Shown here: piece by piece, positions 47,473-57,937 of the stretch
Position numbering within the stretch: the first letter of the stretch is position 1
Layout of the letters: the number at the start of each line of letters is the position of its first letter
Assembly: GCA_902521485.1 (NCBI GenBank)
Contig: CABYRQ010000002.1
Location: 6,659 to 70,658, forward strand
Direction: 5' to 3'
From: an uncultured Alphaproteobacteria bacterium
GTDB taxonomy: Bacteria > Pseudomonadota > Alphaproteobacteria > HIMB59
DNA length: 64,000 nt
The notes under the pieces: model-generated
Told to the model about the DNA's origin: nothing
The model's input: the letters and a program-made list of their open reading frames with translations, nothing else
The model's database searches: none
Program-made: the position numbers and the translations under genes

Positions 47473-47489
47473 TTGTATAATGTATACAA
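47473..47489. promoter_or_regulatory. GntR-type operator candidate 2, between divergent tctC and qor-sucCD
   Basis: Perfect inverted repeat TTGTATA-ATG-TATACAA containing a plus-strand TATAAT. Confidence 0.75.
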
Positions 47490-47508
47490 AATACCACAGG
47501 CGGTTAAA

Positions 47509-48483
47509 TTGAAGTTTATAAATTATAAAGATGGAAGTTTGTTTCTAGATGAAAAAGAGATCGCTGACCCTCTTGATGAACAAATCCAAATTGAAATTCA
47601 TTTCGCTGGAATAAATAGAGCAGATATTCTCCAAAAAAACGGACATTATCCACCACCCTCAGGTGAGAGTGAAATTATTGGATTAGAGTGTTCCGGAATA
47701 GTTACCAAATTAGGAAAGTCAGTAAAAAACTTTAGTTTAGGAGACCAAGTTTGTGCAATTCTTGGAGGCGGCGGATATGCGGAGTACGTAAATGTTAATG
47801 AAAAACAAGTAATGCCATTACCAAAAAATTTAAATTTACATGAAGCTGGCTGCTTACCAGAAACCACACTCACTGTTTTTGAGAATATTTTCAATGTATC
47901 TAAATTTCAAAGAGATGAGGTGATTTTGATACATGGTGGAAGTAGTGGTATCGGCACAACTGCTATTTCAATTCTTAAAAATTATACAAAAAATATTTTT
48001 GTAACCGCTGGTACGAGTGGGAAATGTAAGAGTTGTATAGAATTAGGAGCCACTGATGCTATTAACTACAAAGATAGAGATTTTGAAGAATATTTTAATC
48101 AGAAAAAATTAAAGGTTGATGTAATATTAGATATGGTTGGAGGAGATTACTTAAAAAAAAATTTAAAAATATTAAACTTTAAAGGAAGACTTACTTATAT
48201 TGCTGCCCTCGGTGGGATTAAAGCAGAAACTAATCTTTTACATATAATGAATAAACAATTAAAAATATCTGGATCAACATTAAGATCAAGATCTCCATCT
48301 GAAAAGGGAAATATTGTTGATCAGGTTGTCAAAGAAATATGGCCTTTGATAGAGAATGATAAATATAAACCAACGATTTTTGAAACTTTTAATATGAGTG
48401 ATGTAAATAAAGCACATGAGGTTATGGAAAAATCTGACCATACAGGAAAAATAGTTTTAAGCATAAAAGGAGAAAAAAAATGA
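47509..48483 (+). CDS. NAD(P)H-quinone oxidoreductase (PIG3/zeta-crystallin MDR family)
   Basis: [40 protein letters not shown]; start moved to in-frame TTG 47509 because TTG 47473 lies within the operator. Confidence 0.85.
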   Translation: MKFINYKDGSLFLDEKEIADPLDEQIQIEIHFAGINRADILQKNGHYPPPSGESEIIGLECSGIVTKLGKSVKNFSLGDQVCAILGGGGYAEYVNVNEKQVMPLPKNLNLHEAGCLPETTLTVFENIFNVSKFQRDEVILIHGGSSGIGTTAISILKNYTKNIFVTAGTSGKCKSCIELGATDAINYKDRDFEEYFNQKKLKVDVILDMVGGDYLKKNLKILNFKGRLTYIAALGGIKAETNLLHIMNKQLKISGSTLRSRSPSEKGNIVDQVVKEIWPLIENDKYKPTIFETFNMSDVNKAHEVMEKSDHTGKIVLSIKGEKK

Positions 48484-49667
48484 ACCTGCACGAATACCAA
48501 GCAAAAATATTATTAAAAAATAATAACGTTAGAGTTTTAAATGGCTACCCAGTATTAGATGATAGCGATATAGAAACTGCTGTAGACTCTATCCAAACAC
48601 CCGTTATGGTTGTGAAGTCTCAAATTCATGCAGGTGGAAGAGGCGCAGGAAAATTTAAAGATAGTGGTGATGACAAAGGCGGTGTGAGAGTTTGCTTCTC
48701 AAAAGATGAAGCCAAAGACAATGCAAAAAAAATGTTTGGTAAAACTTTAGTTACAAAACAAACTGGCCCAAGTGGAAAACAGGTAAATAGACTTTATATT
48801 GAGGAAGGGTGTGATATCAAAAAAGAATACTATCTGAGTATGCTCGTGGATAGAGCCTCATCTTCAATTTCAATTATAGCCTCTACTGAGGGTGGCATGG
48901 AAATTGAGGAGGTAGCAGAAAAGCAACCTGAAAAAATTATTACTGTTAACGTCCCTGGGGACAGTATTATTGACCAAAATAGTTTAAATAAATTAACTGA
49001 AGGTCTTAATATAGATCAAAACCTATCAAATGATTTTTGTGATCAAATTCAAAAAATTTACAATAGCTTTTTGTCTTCTGATGCCTCTTTGGTGGAAGTT
49101 AATCCTTTTGTATTGACTGGTGAGGGTAATTTTTTGGCTTTAGATGCGAAGGTTTCGATAGATGATAATGCGCTTTATAAACATAAAGATGTAGCTTCAA
49201 TGAGAGACGAAACTGAAGAGGACCCTGCAGAGATTGAGGCTTCAAAACATGAGCTTAACTACGTCAAATTAGATGGTCAAATTGGATGCATGGTAAATGG
49301 AGCTGGTCTTGCAATGGGGACAATGGATATAATTAAATTACATGGTGGCAGTCCTGCAAATTTTCTAGATGTAGGAGGAGGAGCTACAAAAGAGAGAGTG
49401 GCAAAAGCTTTTTCTATAATTCTGCAAGATCCAAATGTAAAAGCTATTTTGGTTAATATTTTTGGTGGCATTATGAAATGTGACATCATCGCTGAGGGTG
49501 TGGTAGCTGCAGCTAAAGAGCTGTCTATTCAAGTTCCATTGGTAGTAAGATTAGAAGGGACCAATGTTGACCTAGGAAAAGAAATTTTAAATAAATCTGG
49601 GCTCTCAATTATTTCGGCAGATAATTTAGAAGATGCAGCTCAAAAGGCAGTTGGGGCTTTAAACTAA
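48480..49667 (+). CDS. sucC: Succinyl-CoA synthetase beta subunit
   Basis: [44 protein letters not shown]. Confidence 0.93.
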   Translation: MNLHEYQAKILLKNNNVRVLNGYPVLDDSDIETAVDSIQTPVMVVKSQIHAGGRGAGKFKDSGDDKGGVRVCFSKDEAKDNAKKMFGKTLVTKQTGPSGKQVNRLYIEEGCDIKKEYYLSMLVDRASSSISIIASTEGGMEIEEVAEKQPEKIITVNVPGDSIIDQNSLNKLTEGLNIDQNLSNDFCDQIQKIYNSFLSSDASLVEVNPFVLTGEGNFLALDAKVSIDDNALYKHKDVASMRDETEEDPAEIEASKHELNYVKLDGQIGCMVNGAGLAMGTMDIIKLHGGSPANFLDVGGGATKERVAKAFSIILQDPNVKAILVNIFGGIMKCDIIAEGVVAAAKELSIQVPLVVRLEGTNVDLGKEILNKSGLSIISADNLEDAAQKAVGALN

Positions 49668-49677
49668 AGGAGAAATT

Positions 49678-50550
49678 ATGTCAGTATTAATTAATAAAAA
49701 CACAAAAGTTATTTGCCAGGGTTTTACCGGTTCTCAAGGTACATTTCACTCAGAACAAGCTATAAAATATGGAACTCAAATGGTTGGTGGGGTGACACCA
49801 AAGAAAGGTGGTCAAGAGCATTTAGGACTTCCTGTGTTTAATAGTGTTAAAGAGGCAAAAGACAACACAGAAGCAAATGCAACTGTAATATACGTTCCAC
49901 CTCCTTTTGCAGCTGGTGCTATAATTGAAGCGATTGATGCAAACATGGAACTAATCGTTTGTATAACTGAAGGAGTTCCAGTTCTTGATATGATGCAAGT
50001 AAAAAGAAAATTAGAAAAATCAAAATCGCGTTTAATTGGGCCCAACTGCCCTGGTATAATTACACCTGATGAATGCAAAATAGGTATTATGCCAGGTCAT
50101 ATTCACCAAAAAGGAAAAATAGGAGTTGTTAGTCGATCTGGCACACTAACATATGAAGCAGTTGCACAAACTTCTGCTGTAGGTCTGGGTCAATCGACTT
50201 GTATTGGTATTGGGGGAGATCCTATCAATGGAACAAACTTTATAGATTGCCTTGATCTTTTTTTGAAAGATCCCGAAACTGAAGGTATCATAATGATTGG
50301 AGAGATTGGTGGAACTGCTGAAGAGGAAGCTGCAGAATTTATTAAAAAATCTGAAATAAAAAAACCAGTTGCCTCTTTTATAGCTGGTGCTAGTGCTCCT
50401 GCTGGAAAAAGAATGGGTCATGCAGGTGCTATTATTTCTGGTGGAAAAGGCACTGCAGAGTCAAAGTTTAGTGCTTTAGAAGAAGCAGGAGTTCATATAT
50501 CCAAATCACCAGCTAAGCTAGGTGAGACAATCAAAGAAGCTTTAAACTAA
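49678..50550 (+). CDS. sucD: Succinyl-CoA synthetase alpha subunit
   Basis: [21 protein letters not shown], phospho-His motif RMGHAGA. Confidence 0.94.
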   Translation: MSVLINKNTKVICQGFTGSQGTFHSEQAIKYGTQMVGGVTPKKGGQEHLGLPVFNSVKEAKDNTEANATVIYVPPPFAAGAIIEAIDANMELIVCITEGVPVLDMMQVKRKLEKSKSRLIGPNCPGIITPDECKIGIMPGHIHQKGKIGVVSRSGTLTYEAVAQTSAVGLGQSTCIGIGGDPINGTNFIDCLDLFLKDPETEGIIMIGEIGGTAEEEAAEFIKKSEIKKPVASFIAGASAPAGKRMGHAGAIISGGKGTAESKFSALEEAGVHISKSPAKLGETIKEALN

Positions 50551-51524
50551 TATAGTTTAGCTTCTTTAGCTCTAAGTTTGGTTAAAGCAAGAACTGTATC
50601 AATTGTAGGTGTTGGAACATTTGTAATTTTTCCAAGCTCTTGAACAGAGGTGATTAAAGCATCAATCTCCATAGGTCTATCACGTTCTAAATCTTGGAGC
50701 ATTGATGTTTTATGTTCGCCAACTGCTTTAGCTGCATCAATTCTTCTCTCAACATCGAAAGGTTTGTCTATTCCTAAATTTTGAGAAATTGCATGAGCTT
50801 CATTCATCATATTTTTTATGACGGCTCTGACTTCGTCGTTGCTACAAATTTTGACAAGTGTAGATGTTGTAAGTGCACTTATTGGGTTCAAAGAAAGATT
50901 ACCAAAAAGTTTTAACCAAATATCACCTTTTATATTAGGTCTTACTGGTGCTTGAAAGCCAGCTTTCTCTAAAGTCTCTGAAAGATTTTTAATTCTATCT
51001 GTTTCCTCTCCATTTATTTCTCCAAGTTGAAACTTATCTCCCTCTAAGTGCTGAATAACACCTGGTTTGATAACTTCTGATGCGGGATTAACTATACAGC
51101 CAATAATTTTTTCAGGGCCAATTCGATCCCATTGACTTCCATCTGGATCAACTGAAGTAACTTTTTTATCTTTGAAATCTGGGTTAGTGTGATTGTAGAA
51201 ATACCACCATGGGATACCATTCACACCCCAAACAAATGAAGTATCATCTTTCATAAGAACTTCAAATGCATCAAGACAACCCGGAACTGAATGAGCTTTT
51301 AGAGTTACAAAAATATAATCTTGCTTTCCAGCTTTTTCAGCTGTGTCTACACACTTTGGGTATACAACTAGTTCTTTGCCATCTTTTCTTAATCTCAGTC
51401 CATCTTGCTTGATAGCTTGATAATGAGGCCCTCTAGCAATTAAAGTTACATCTGCACCTATCTCAGTAAGTTTTGCTCCCAGATAACCACCAATTGCTCC
51501 TGCGCCGTAAATACAAATTTTCAT
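50547..51524 (-). CDS. Ketopantoate-reductase family protein, PanE2/oxalyl-CoA reductase-like
   Basis: [37 protein letters not shown]; context with frc and sga. Confidence 0.8.
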   Translation of the reverse strand: MKICIYGAGAIGGYLGAKLTEIGADVTLIARGPHYQAIKQDGLRLRKDGKELVVYPKCVDTAEKAGKQDYIFVTLKAHSVPGCLDAFEVLMKDDTSFVWGVNGIPWWYFYNHTNPDFKDKKVTSVDPDGSQWDRIGPEKIIGCIVNPASEVIKPGVIQHLEGDKFQLGEINGEETDRIKNLSETLEKAGFQAPVRPNIKGDIWLKLFGNLSLNPISALTTSTLVKICSNDEVRAVIKNMMNEAHAISQNLGIDKPFDVERRIDAAKAVGEHKTSMLQDLERDRPMEIDALITSVQELGKITNVPTPTIDTVLALTKLRAKEAKLY

Positions 51525-52685
51525 TTAAGCCTTTAAATGTTTGATGGCAGCAGCAACACCACTTCCAAGCTCAAATTTTATTCCCACATCGTACATGGCT
51601 AATTCTGCAGTAGAGATTGCACCTAAAATCATAGTGCTATTTAAATCTCCAAGATGGCCTATTCTAAACAGTTTACCAGCTACTTTATTAAGCCCTCCTC
51701 CAAATGAGGTGTTATACTTGTTGTATGCTGTTTTAACTACATCAGTAGAGTCAATTCCCTCTGGTACCATTATTGCTGTAACAGTATTTGAATAAAGTGA
51801 GGGATCCTTTGCGCAAAGTTTAAGACCCCAAGCACTAGATGCTTTTTGAACAGCTTGTGCTAAAAATTTATGACGTTCATAAATATTATCAATTCCCTCT
51901 TCCATCATCATATTAAGCGCCTCTCTAAGTCCTCTTAGAAGTGGCATTGGATTAGTATAAGGCCAATAGCCTGTTTCATTTATTTTTAGCATATCATGAT
52001 AATCATAGTAAGCTCTGGGTAAGTTAGATGTTTTTGCAATTTCTAAAGCCTTTTGGCTCACACAAGATATAGCTAAACCAGCAGGTAACATAAATCCTTT
52101 TTGAGAACCTGAAACTGCAACATCAACTCCCCATGCATCCATTTCAAATTTGATTGAACCTATTGAGCTTACGCCATCAACAAATAGTAAGGCAGGATGG
52201 TTTAGATTATTTAAAAGGTCTCTTGTTGCTTTAACATCATTTGTAACCCCTGTGGAGGTTTCATTATGAGTTACAAGAACTGCTTTAATATTATGATCTT
52301 TATCCTCTGATAATATTTTTTCAAATTCGTCATGAGGCGTCCCGGAACCCCACTCTAAATCAACTTCCTCAACTTCAATGTGTAGTTTTTTACACATTTC
52401 TATCCAAAGGTGTGAAAAATGTCCAAATCTAGCTGATAAAACTTTATCTCCCTTACTTAATAAATTTGTAAGTGCTGCTTCCCATCCACTTGAACCTGTA
52501 CCAGGGAATATAATTGGTTGTGCGGATGTTGTCTCAAAAACTTTTTTTAAATCGTTTATTAGTGGGTGCCAAAATTTATCCATACCGGGCGCACGATGGT
52601 CCTCGTTTGAAATATCCATCGCCTGTCTTACCCTATCTGGCATGTTTGTAGGTCCTGGTACGAAAAGTGAAGTTTTACCTGGCAT
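51525..52685 (-). CDS. sgaA: Serine/aspartate-glyoxylate aminotransferase (class V PLP)
   Basis: LFVPGPTN, EDHR, HNETSTGV, VDGVSS, GSQKGFMLPAG, FRIGHLG. Confidence 0.82.
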   Translation of the reverse strand: MPGKTSLFVPGPTNMPDRVRQAMDISNEDHRAPGMDKFWHPLINDLKKVFETTSAQPIIFPGTGSSGWEAALTNLLSKGDKVLSARFGHFSHLWIEMCKKLHIEVEEVDLEWGSGTPHDEFEKILSEDKDHNIKAVLVTHNETSTGVTNDVKATRDLLNNLNHPALLFVDGVSSIGSIKFEMDAWGVDVAVSGSQKGFMLPAGLAISCVSQKALEIAKTSNLPRAYYDYHDMLKINETGYWPYTNPMPLLRGLREALNMMMEEGIDNIYERHKFLAQAVQKASSAWGLKLCAKDPSLYSNTVTAIMVPEGIDSTDVVKTAYNKYNTSFGGGLNKVAGKLFRIGHLGDLNSTMILGAISTAELAMYDVGIKFELGSGVAAAIKHLKA

Positions 52686-52753
52686 AATTTATTCTATATC
52701 CTTTCTATACAAATAATGACCTTATGGATTGCTTTAATACAATATTTATTAAA

Positions 52754-52770
52754 ATTTCACAAAGTGAAAT
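52754..52770. promoter_or_regulatory. Palindrome upstream of sga (operator or weak tRNA terminator)
   Basis: ATTTCAC-AAA-GTGAAAT, just downstream of a minus-strand TTGACT at 52777-52782. Confidence 0.4.
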
Positions 52771-52786
52771 AAAAAAGTCAATATTT

Positions 52787-52861
52787 TGGCATCTCCTACG
52801 GGAATCGAACCCGTGTCTTCACCGTGAAAGGGTGATGTCCTAACCGCTAGACGAAGGAGAC
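52787..52861 (-). tRNA. tRNA-Glu(TTC)
   Basis: GTCTCCT/AGGAGAT acceptor stem, anticodon arm TCACC-CTTTCAC-GGTGA, GGTTCGATTCC, encoded CCA. Confidence 0.97.
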
Positions 52862-52908
52862 ATCGGTGTTTAAAACAAACAAAATAGCTAGATTTACTAA
52901 AAAATCAA

Positions 52909-54630
52909 TCAATGAATATCTTCAAGATGAATTATAGTTTTTTCACTATAAGTATCTTTTTTTACCTTAAAATAGCAATTAAACTCAGGTTTGTTTGATA
53001 AATAATTTTTTAATTCTTTCGATGAAATATCGAAGAACATGCCTTCACATGAAAAGCCAAGATTATCAGATACTTTTAATTTGGCATGCTTATCTTTAAA
53101 AATTTGTAATATTTCAATTTTAGCATTTTCAATTTTAAATATTGGTTCAGCATTTTGTTGGCCAAAAGGACTTAAAGACTCAAGGTCACTTAAAAGATTA
53201 TTATTGATCACATTAACATCAATTAAAGAGTCATAAGACTTTTCATTTAAAATTTCCAAGTTATTTGTCTCTGCAATTAAAAAGTTTTTAAAGTCATCAA
53301 CATTTTCTTTTTTTAAAGTAAAACCACATGCTTTATGGTGACCGCCACCTTTAATCAAAATACCTTTTTCTGTAGCTTGCATCATCAATAATCCAATATT
53401 TTTTTCACCCTGCGATCTACCTGATCCAACAACCAAATCGTTTGATTGAGTCATTACAAATGATGGACGATTATTAATACGCATTAATCTTCCAGCTATA
53501 ATTCCTACAACGCCAATATGCCATTTTTCATCATAGAAAAAATTTATATTTAAATTGTTATTGATGTTGATGTCTATTTCTTTAACAATTTTCGATTGAA
53601 TTTTTTGTCTGTTTTGATTATGTAGCTCAATAATTTGTGCAAACTGAACAGCTTGGTGTATATTTTCTGAAGATAAAAGATTATAAGCAAGTAAAGACTC
53701 TCCCATTCTTCCTCCAGCATTAATTCTAGGGCCTATAATATATCCGAGATGATATTCTGATATTTTTTGTTTTATCTTCGAAAGATTAATAAGAGTTTGT
53801 ATACCTTTATTGCTGTTATCAGAATTAATTAGTCTCAGTCCTTGTTTTACAAGTGTTCGATTTATATTGTTTAAAGGAACTAAATCACAAATAGTAGCAA
53901 GAGAAACAAGATCTAAATATTGTAATACGTCTTTTTTTTCAAATATTTCCTCATTGTTTAAAAAAAAGATAACTAAAAATGATAGAGCTGTTGCACATAA
54001 ATCATCAAGATTAGATTTATCCTCCGGTGTTTTAGGATTTATAACAATCGACTCATTAAAATAATGATCACATTCATGATGATCAATTACAAGAAGTTCT
54101 GCACCTTGGCTGTTAATATACTTCTGTTCATCAAAATTATTGCTACCACAATCTAAAACCAAAATGTTCGAGCTAAATTCTAGTAATTTATTACAGGCGG
54201 GTGTGCTTAATCCATACCCTTCATTTAATCTATTTGGAATATAAACAAAAACCTCAATGTCAAATTGAGTTAGATATTTTTTGAAAATTGATGCAGCACA
54301 GGCTCCATCTACATCATAATCTGAGAATATAGAAATTTTTTTATCATTTTTTATTTTTTTAAAAAATGAAGTTATTTTTTTTAAATTATTTAATTTTAAA
54401 ATTTCATTAAAAGATATGTTATCTTTTAATTTTGAATTTAAAAAATTTGGTATTTTACTAATTTTACGATTTATTAATAATTTTGAAAGATTAATAGATA
54501 TATTATTCTTTTGAGCTACTTCAAAAACTAATTCATCGTTTAAATCTGTATTTAATGGTTTCCAAACAGTACCGTTAAAACTTTTATCAGTAATCAAGTT
54601 GTTTGATGTCAAAGTTGTGTTTTCCATCAA
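52909..54630 (-). CDS. recJ: ssDNA exonuclease RecJ (start uncertain; overlaps glpX)
   Basis: DYDVDG, DCGS, IDHH, GPRINAGGR, GSGRS, GGGHHKACG. Confidence 0.92.
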   Translation of the reverse strand: MMENTTLTSNNLITDKSFNGTVWKPLNTDLNDELVFEVAQKNNISINLSKLLINRKISKIPNFLNSKLKDNISFNEILKLNNLKKITSFFKKIKNDKKISIFSDYDVDGACAASIFKKYLTQFDIEVFVYIPNRLNEGYGLSTPACNKLLEFSSNILVLDCGSNNFDEQKYINSQGAELLVIDHHECDHYFNESIVINPKTPEDKSNLDDLCATALSFLVIFFLNNEEIFEKKDVLQYLDLVSLATICDLVPLNNINRTLVKQGLRLINSDNSNKGIQTLINLSKIKQKISEYHLGYIIGPRINAGGRMGESLLAYNLLSSENIHQAVQFAQIIELHNQNRQKIQSKIVKEIDININNNLNINFFYDEKWHIGVVGIIAGRLMRINNRPSFVMTQSNDLVVGSGRSQGEKNIGLLMMQATEKGILIKGGGHHKACGFTLKKENVDDFKNFLIAETNNLEILNEKSYDSLIDVNVINNNLLSDLESLSPFGQQNAEPIFKIENAKIEILQIFKDKHAKLKVSDNLGFSCEGMFFDISSKELKNYLSNKPEFNCYFKVKKDTYSEKTIIHLEDIH

Positions 54631-55540
54631 TCTCTCTAATAGTCCCTGTTTTTGAACGCATCACAATAGAATGAGTTGTAGCAAAATTCTTGTTAATATT
54701 TATACCTCGAAGCATGGTACCATTAGTTACACCTGTAGCTGAAAACATTACATCTCCTGTAGCTAGATCATTAAGTTTATAAATTTTATCAAAATTAGTA
54801 ATGCCTGTTTTTTTTGCTCTCTCCGTTTCTTGATCGTTATAAAAAATAAGCTGTCCCTCTAAATAGCCTCCTACACATTGTAAAGCAGCTGCAGCTAGTA
54901 CACCTTCTGGAGCACCGCCTATACCATAATACATATCAATGTTACTGTTATCTATAACAGAAGAAATGACAGCACTTACATCTCCATCACCAATAATTTT
55001 AATTCTAGCACCGGCAGATCTTATTATTTCAATGTCTTCTTGGTGTCTTTCTCGATCTAAAACACATATTACTAAATCCTCAGTATTAATTTTTTTATAC
55101 TCTGCAAGTGCCTTAATATTTGATTTAAGATCTTGGCTGAGAGATATTACATTTTCATTTTCAACCTTAGCTGAAATTTTTCTCATATAGACATCAGGTG
55201 CATTTAAAAAACCACCCTCTTGAGCCAACGCAATGACTGCCATAGCGTTCTCTCCACCTTTTGCGGTGATTGTAGTGCCCTCCAAAGGATCAAGGGCTAT
55301 ATCCACATTAGGGCCACCCTGACCCACTTTCTCACCAATGAAGAGCATAGGTGCTTCATCTCTTTCACCCTCACCTATAACCACTGTTCCAGATATTGTA
55401 AGAGAATTTAGACACTTTCTCATTGCGTCTACAGCAGCCTGATCAGCAGCCTTTTCATTTCCTCTACCAATATGTTTAGAAGCAGCTAGTGCTGCAAATT
55501 CAGAAACTCGAACTAACTCAATAGCAAGATTTCTATCCAA
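54587..55540 (-). CDS. glpX: Class II fructose-1,6-bisphosphatase
   Basis: VIGEGERDEAPML, DPLEGT, GDGDV, GGAPEGV, ATGVT. Confidence 0.96.
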   Translation of the reverse strand: MDRNLAIELVRVSEFAALAASKHIGRGNEKAADQAAVDAMRKCLNSLTISGTVVIGEGERDEAPMLFIGEKVGQGGPNVDIALDPLEGTTITAKGGENAMAVIALAQEGGFLNAPDVYMRKISAKVENENVISLSQDLKSNIKALAEYKKINTEDLVICVLDRERHQEDIEIIRSAGARIKIIGDGDVSAVISSVIDNSNIDMYYGIGGAPEGVLAAAALQCVGGYLEGQLIFYNDQETERAKKTGITNFDKIYKLNDLATGDVMFSATGVTNGTMLRGININKNFATTHSIVMRSKTGTIREIDGKHNFDIKQLDY

Positions 55541-56819
55541 TATTTTCCTCTATCCTAATAACTGATATCTCTTTTTTAATAAAATTTGTTTTTTTTAAAT
55601 TATTTACAACTTGAGTGATACTTTTTAAGCCAACAGGATCAGATATAATAACTATTGGAACAACCTTTTCATTAGTAGTATTTAGTTGAATTATAGATTT
55701 TATGGAAATTGATTTTTGAGAAAATAATTGGGCAATAGATTTAAGAACACCAACTTTATTGAGCACAGACATTCTTAAATAATATGGTCTAATTCTTTGT
55801 GATTGACTCACAAATTTTGCACTCAACATTTGTGAGTATTTTTTTATAAAAATACCTTTTTTAGAGGAATAATTAATAAATCTCTTGATATCTGAAATAA
55901 TAGAAGTAGCTGTTGGGTACCCTCCCGCTCCTTTGCCAACTAAACTTGTTTTTAAAAAATTCTCACCTTCTAAAGTAATGACGTTTTCTTCAAAATTAGT
56001 TTTTGCAATTAAACTTGACTCTGGCACGAAACAAGGTGCTACAGATGAAAAAAATTTATCTTTATTCTTCTCTGTTATAGAAACAAGTTTTAATTTATAA
56101 CCAAGATTAAGACCTTGTTCTAAATCTATTAGCTTAATATTTTCAATTCCATTGAAATGCATATCAGAAAAATTAAATTTTTTTCCAAAAGATATATTTG
56201 AGAGTAAAACAAGTTTATGCATAGCATCTCTACCAGATAAATCCGCACTTGAGTCTTGTTCAGCAAATCCATTTTTAATAGCTTGTTCTAATGTTTCTTT
56301 GAAACTAATCTTATTTTCATACATTTGTGAGATAATATAATTAGTTGTGCCATTAAAAATTCCATAAATTGAATTTATTTTTGAGGGGTGAATGCTATGT
56401 TCTATTGTTCTTATTACTGGTACAGCGCCTAATACTGCAGCCTCAAAGCCTAAAAATAAATTTGAATTATCAAAGTCCTCAAAAAATAAATTGGACTTTT
56501 CTGCTAATTGAGCCTTATTAGCAGTGACGAGAGATATTTTATTCTTTAAACAATACTTATAAAGATCATTTATGTACTTACCTGTGCCCCCAATAGTTTC
56601 AATGATTAAGTCGGGTTTAAATTGATTTAAACTTTTGAAATCATTAATCCATTTGTATTTACTAATATTAAAAATTCTTTTCTTTTTCTTATTTTTTGCA
56701 CCAATAGCGACTATTTCACATTTTGTGTCGTCTAAAATATATGAATTTTTCTCTAATATCTTTACCACATGAGAGCCCACTACTCCTAAACCTAAAATTG
56801 CTATTTTAATCTTGTTCAT
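55533..56819 (-). CDS. hom: Homoserine dehydrogenase with ACT domain
   Basis: GLGVVG, VTANKA, FEAAV, NGTTNYI, GKGAGGYPTA. Confidence 0.93.
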   Translation of the reverse strand: MNKIKIAILGLGVVGSHVVKILEKNSYILDDTKCEIVAIGAKNKKKKRIFNISKYKWINDFKSLNQFKPDLIIETIGGTGKYINDLYKYCLKNKISLVTANKAQLAEKSNLFFEDFDNSNLFLGFEAAVLGAVPVIRTIEHSIHPSKINSIYGIFNGTTNYIISQMYENKISFKETLEQAIKNGFAEQDSSADLSGRDAMHKLVLLSNISFGKKFNFSDMHFNGIENIKLIDLEQGLNLGYKLKLVSITEKNKDKFFSSVAPCFVPESSLIAKTNFEENVITLEGENFLKTSLVGKGAGGYPTATSIISDIKRFINYSSKKGIFIKKYSQMLSAKFVSQSQRIRPYYLRMSVLNKVGVLKSIAQLFSQKSISIKSIIQLNTTNEKVVPIVIISDPVGLKSITQVVNNLKKTNFIKKEISVIRIEENIG

Positions 56820-57027
56820 TTTGAGATTTTAAAATTTCTTCTTTCCTAATATTACTCTTTTCATTGAATTCCTCTAATTCTTTTTTCTTTTCTAGCAAGT
56901 TTTTATCAAAATCTTTAAAAGATCTTTCGCATGATACTGTAATTATTAATAAAAAAATAAAAGAAAAAATAAATAAAAAATTATCTTTTAGAGAACTGAA
57001 AACTACGTCTAGCTTTTTGCCTACCAT
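56806..57027 (-). CDS. Small putative lipoprotein overlapping the 3' end of rpsI
   Basis: Hydrophobic stretch ending ITVSC, then a charged helix; fills the rpsI-hom gap. Confidence 0.5.
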   Translation of the reverse strand: MVGKKLDVVFSSLKDNFLFIFSFIFLLIITVSCERSFKDFDKNLLEKKKELEEFNEKSNIRKEEILKSQNEQD

Positions 57028-57370
57028 ACTTTTTTCGTTCTACTGTTCTAGAGTCTCTTGTTAAAAAACCATTTTTCTTTAAAACATCTTTTGTGTTTGG
57101 ATCTATTTTTGTTAAAGCTCTGCTAAGTCCATGTTTTATTGCGCCTGCTTGACCAGATAAACCTCCTCCTAATACTGTAACTTTAAGATCTACGGAGTCA
57201 GATTTTTTTGCGACTTCTAATGGTTGATTGATTATCATTCTTAGTGCTTTATCAGGAAAATAATCATCAATATTTTTTTTATTAATTATAATATTTCCTG
57301 TTCCATTAGAAATCCATACTCTTGCAATAGACTCTTTACGTCTTCCAGTGCTGTAGACTTGATCAGACAT
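56981..57370 (-). CDS. rpsI: 30S ribosomal protein S9
   Basis: [35 protein letters not shown]. Confidence 0.98.
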   Translation of the reverse strand: MSDQVYSTGRRKESIARVWISNGTGNIIINKKNIDDYFPDKALRMIINQPLEVAKKSDSVDLKVTVLGGGLSGQAGAIKHGLSRALTKIDPNTKDVLKKNGFLTRDSRTVERKKYGRQKARRSFQFSKR

Positions 57371-57830
57371 TTACTTCGTTCTTCCTATTGATAGATTTAA
57401 AATTTAAGTTTTTTGGATTTTGAGATTCATGTGGATGTTTAGCGTCTTTATAAAGTTTTAAATTATTTTTCATGAGGTCCCTAAACAAAGGAGAATTTGG
57501 TAGCATTCCTTTGATCGCTTTTTTAATAATTTCGTCAGATTTGTTATTTTCTTTGAGTTTATAGGGTGTTGTTTCTTTAATTCCTCCAGGGTGACCAGTG
57601 TGTTTGTAATATTTTTTGTCAGTGTTTTTATTACCTGAAAATTTTACTTTATCTGTGTTAATAATAATCACACCATCTCCTACTGGTAGATTAGGCGAAT
57701 ATTGTGGTTTGTTTTTACCTTTAAGAATTAAACTTACTCTTGAAGCAAGCCTTCCAACAGATATGTCGGTGGCATCCAGCAAATGCCATGCTTTTTGAAA
57801 TTCAGATTTTTTTAAAGTAGTAGTCTTCAC
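57363..57830 (-). CDS. rplM: 50S ribosomal protein L13
   Basis: GRLAS...[30 protein letters not shown]. Confidence 0.97.
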   Translation of the reverse strand: MKTTTLKKSEFQKAWHLLDATDISVGRLASRVSLILKGKNKPQYSPNLPVGDGVIIINTDKVKFSGNKNTDKKYYKHTGHPGGIKETTPYKLKENNKSDEIIKKAIKGMLPNSPLFRDLMKNNLKLYKDAKHPHESQNPKNLNFKSINRKNEVNV

Positions 57831-57937
57831 GATAGGGGGAATATAAGTAAAATCGTTAAAAAAGCAAGGATTATAGATAAAATTTTCTTCATAAATTGAT
57901 AATAAACAGATTATTTAAACAATATTCTCATTTTTTT

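Noticed and set aside
47473-47508. ORF-track start of qor at TTG 47473
   Set aside because: Falls inside the operator/-10 region; in-frame TTG 47509 has a purine-rich upstream tract and gives a normal N-terminus
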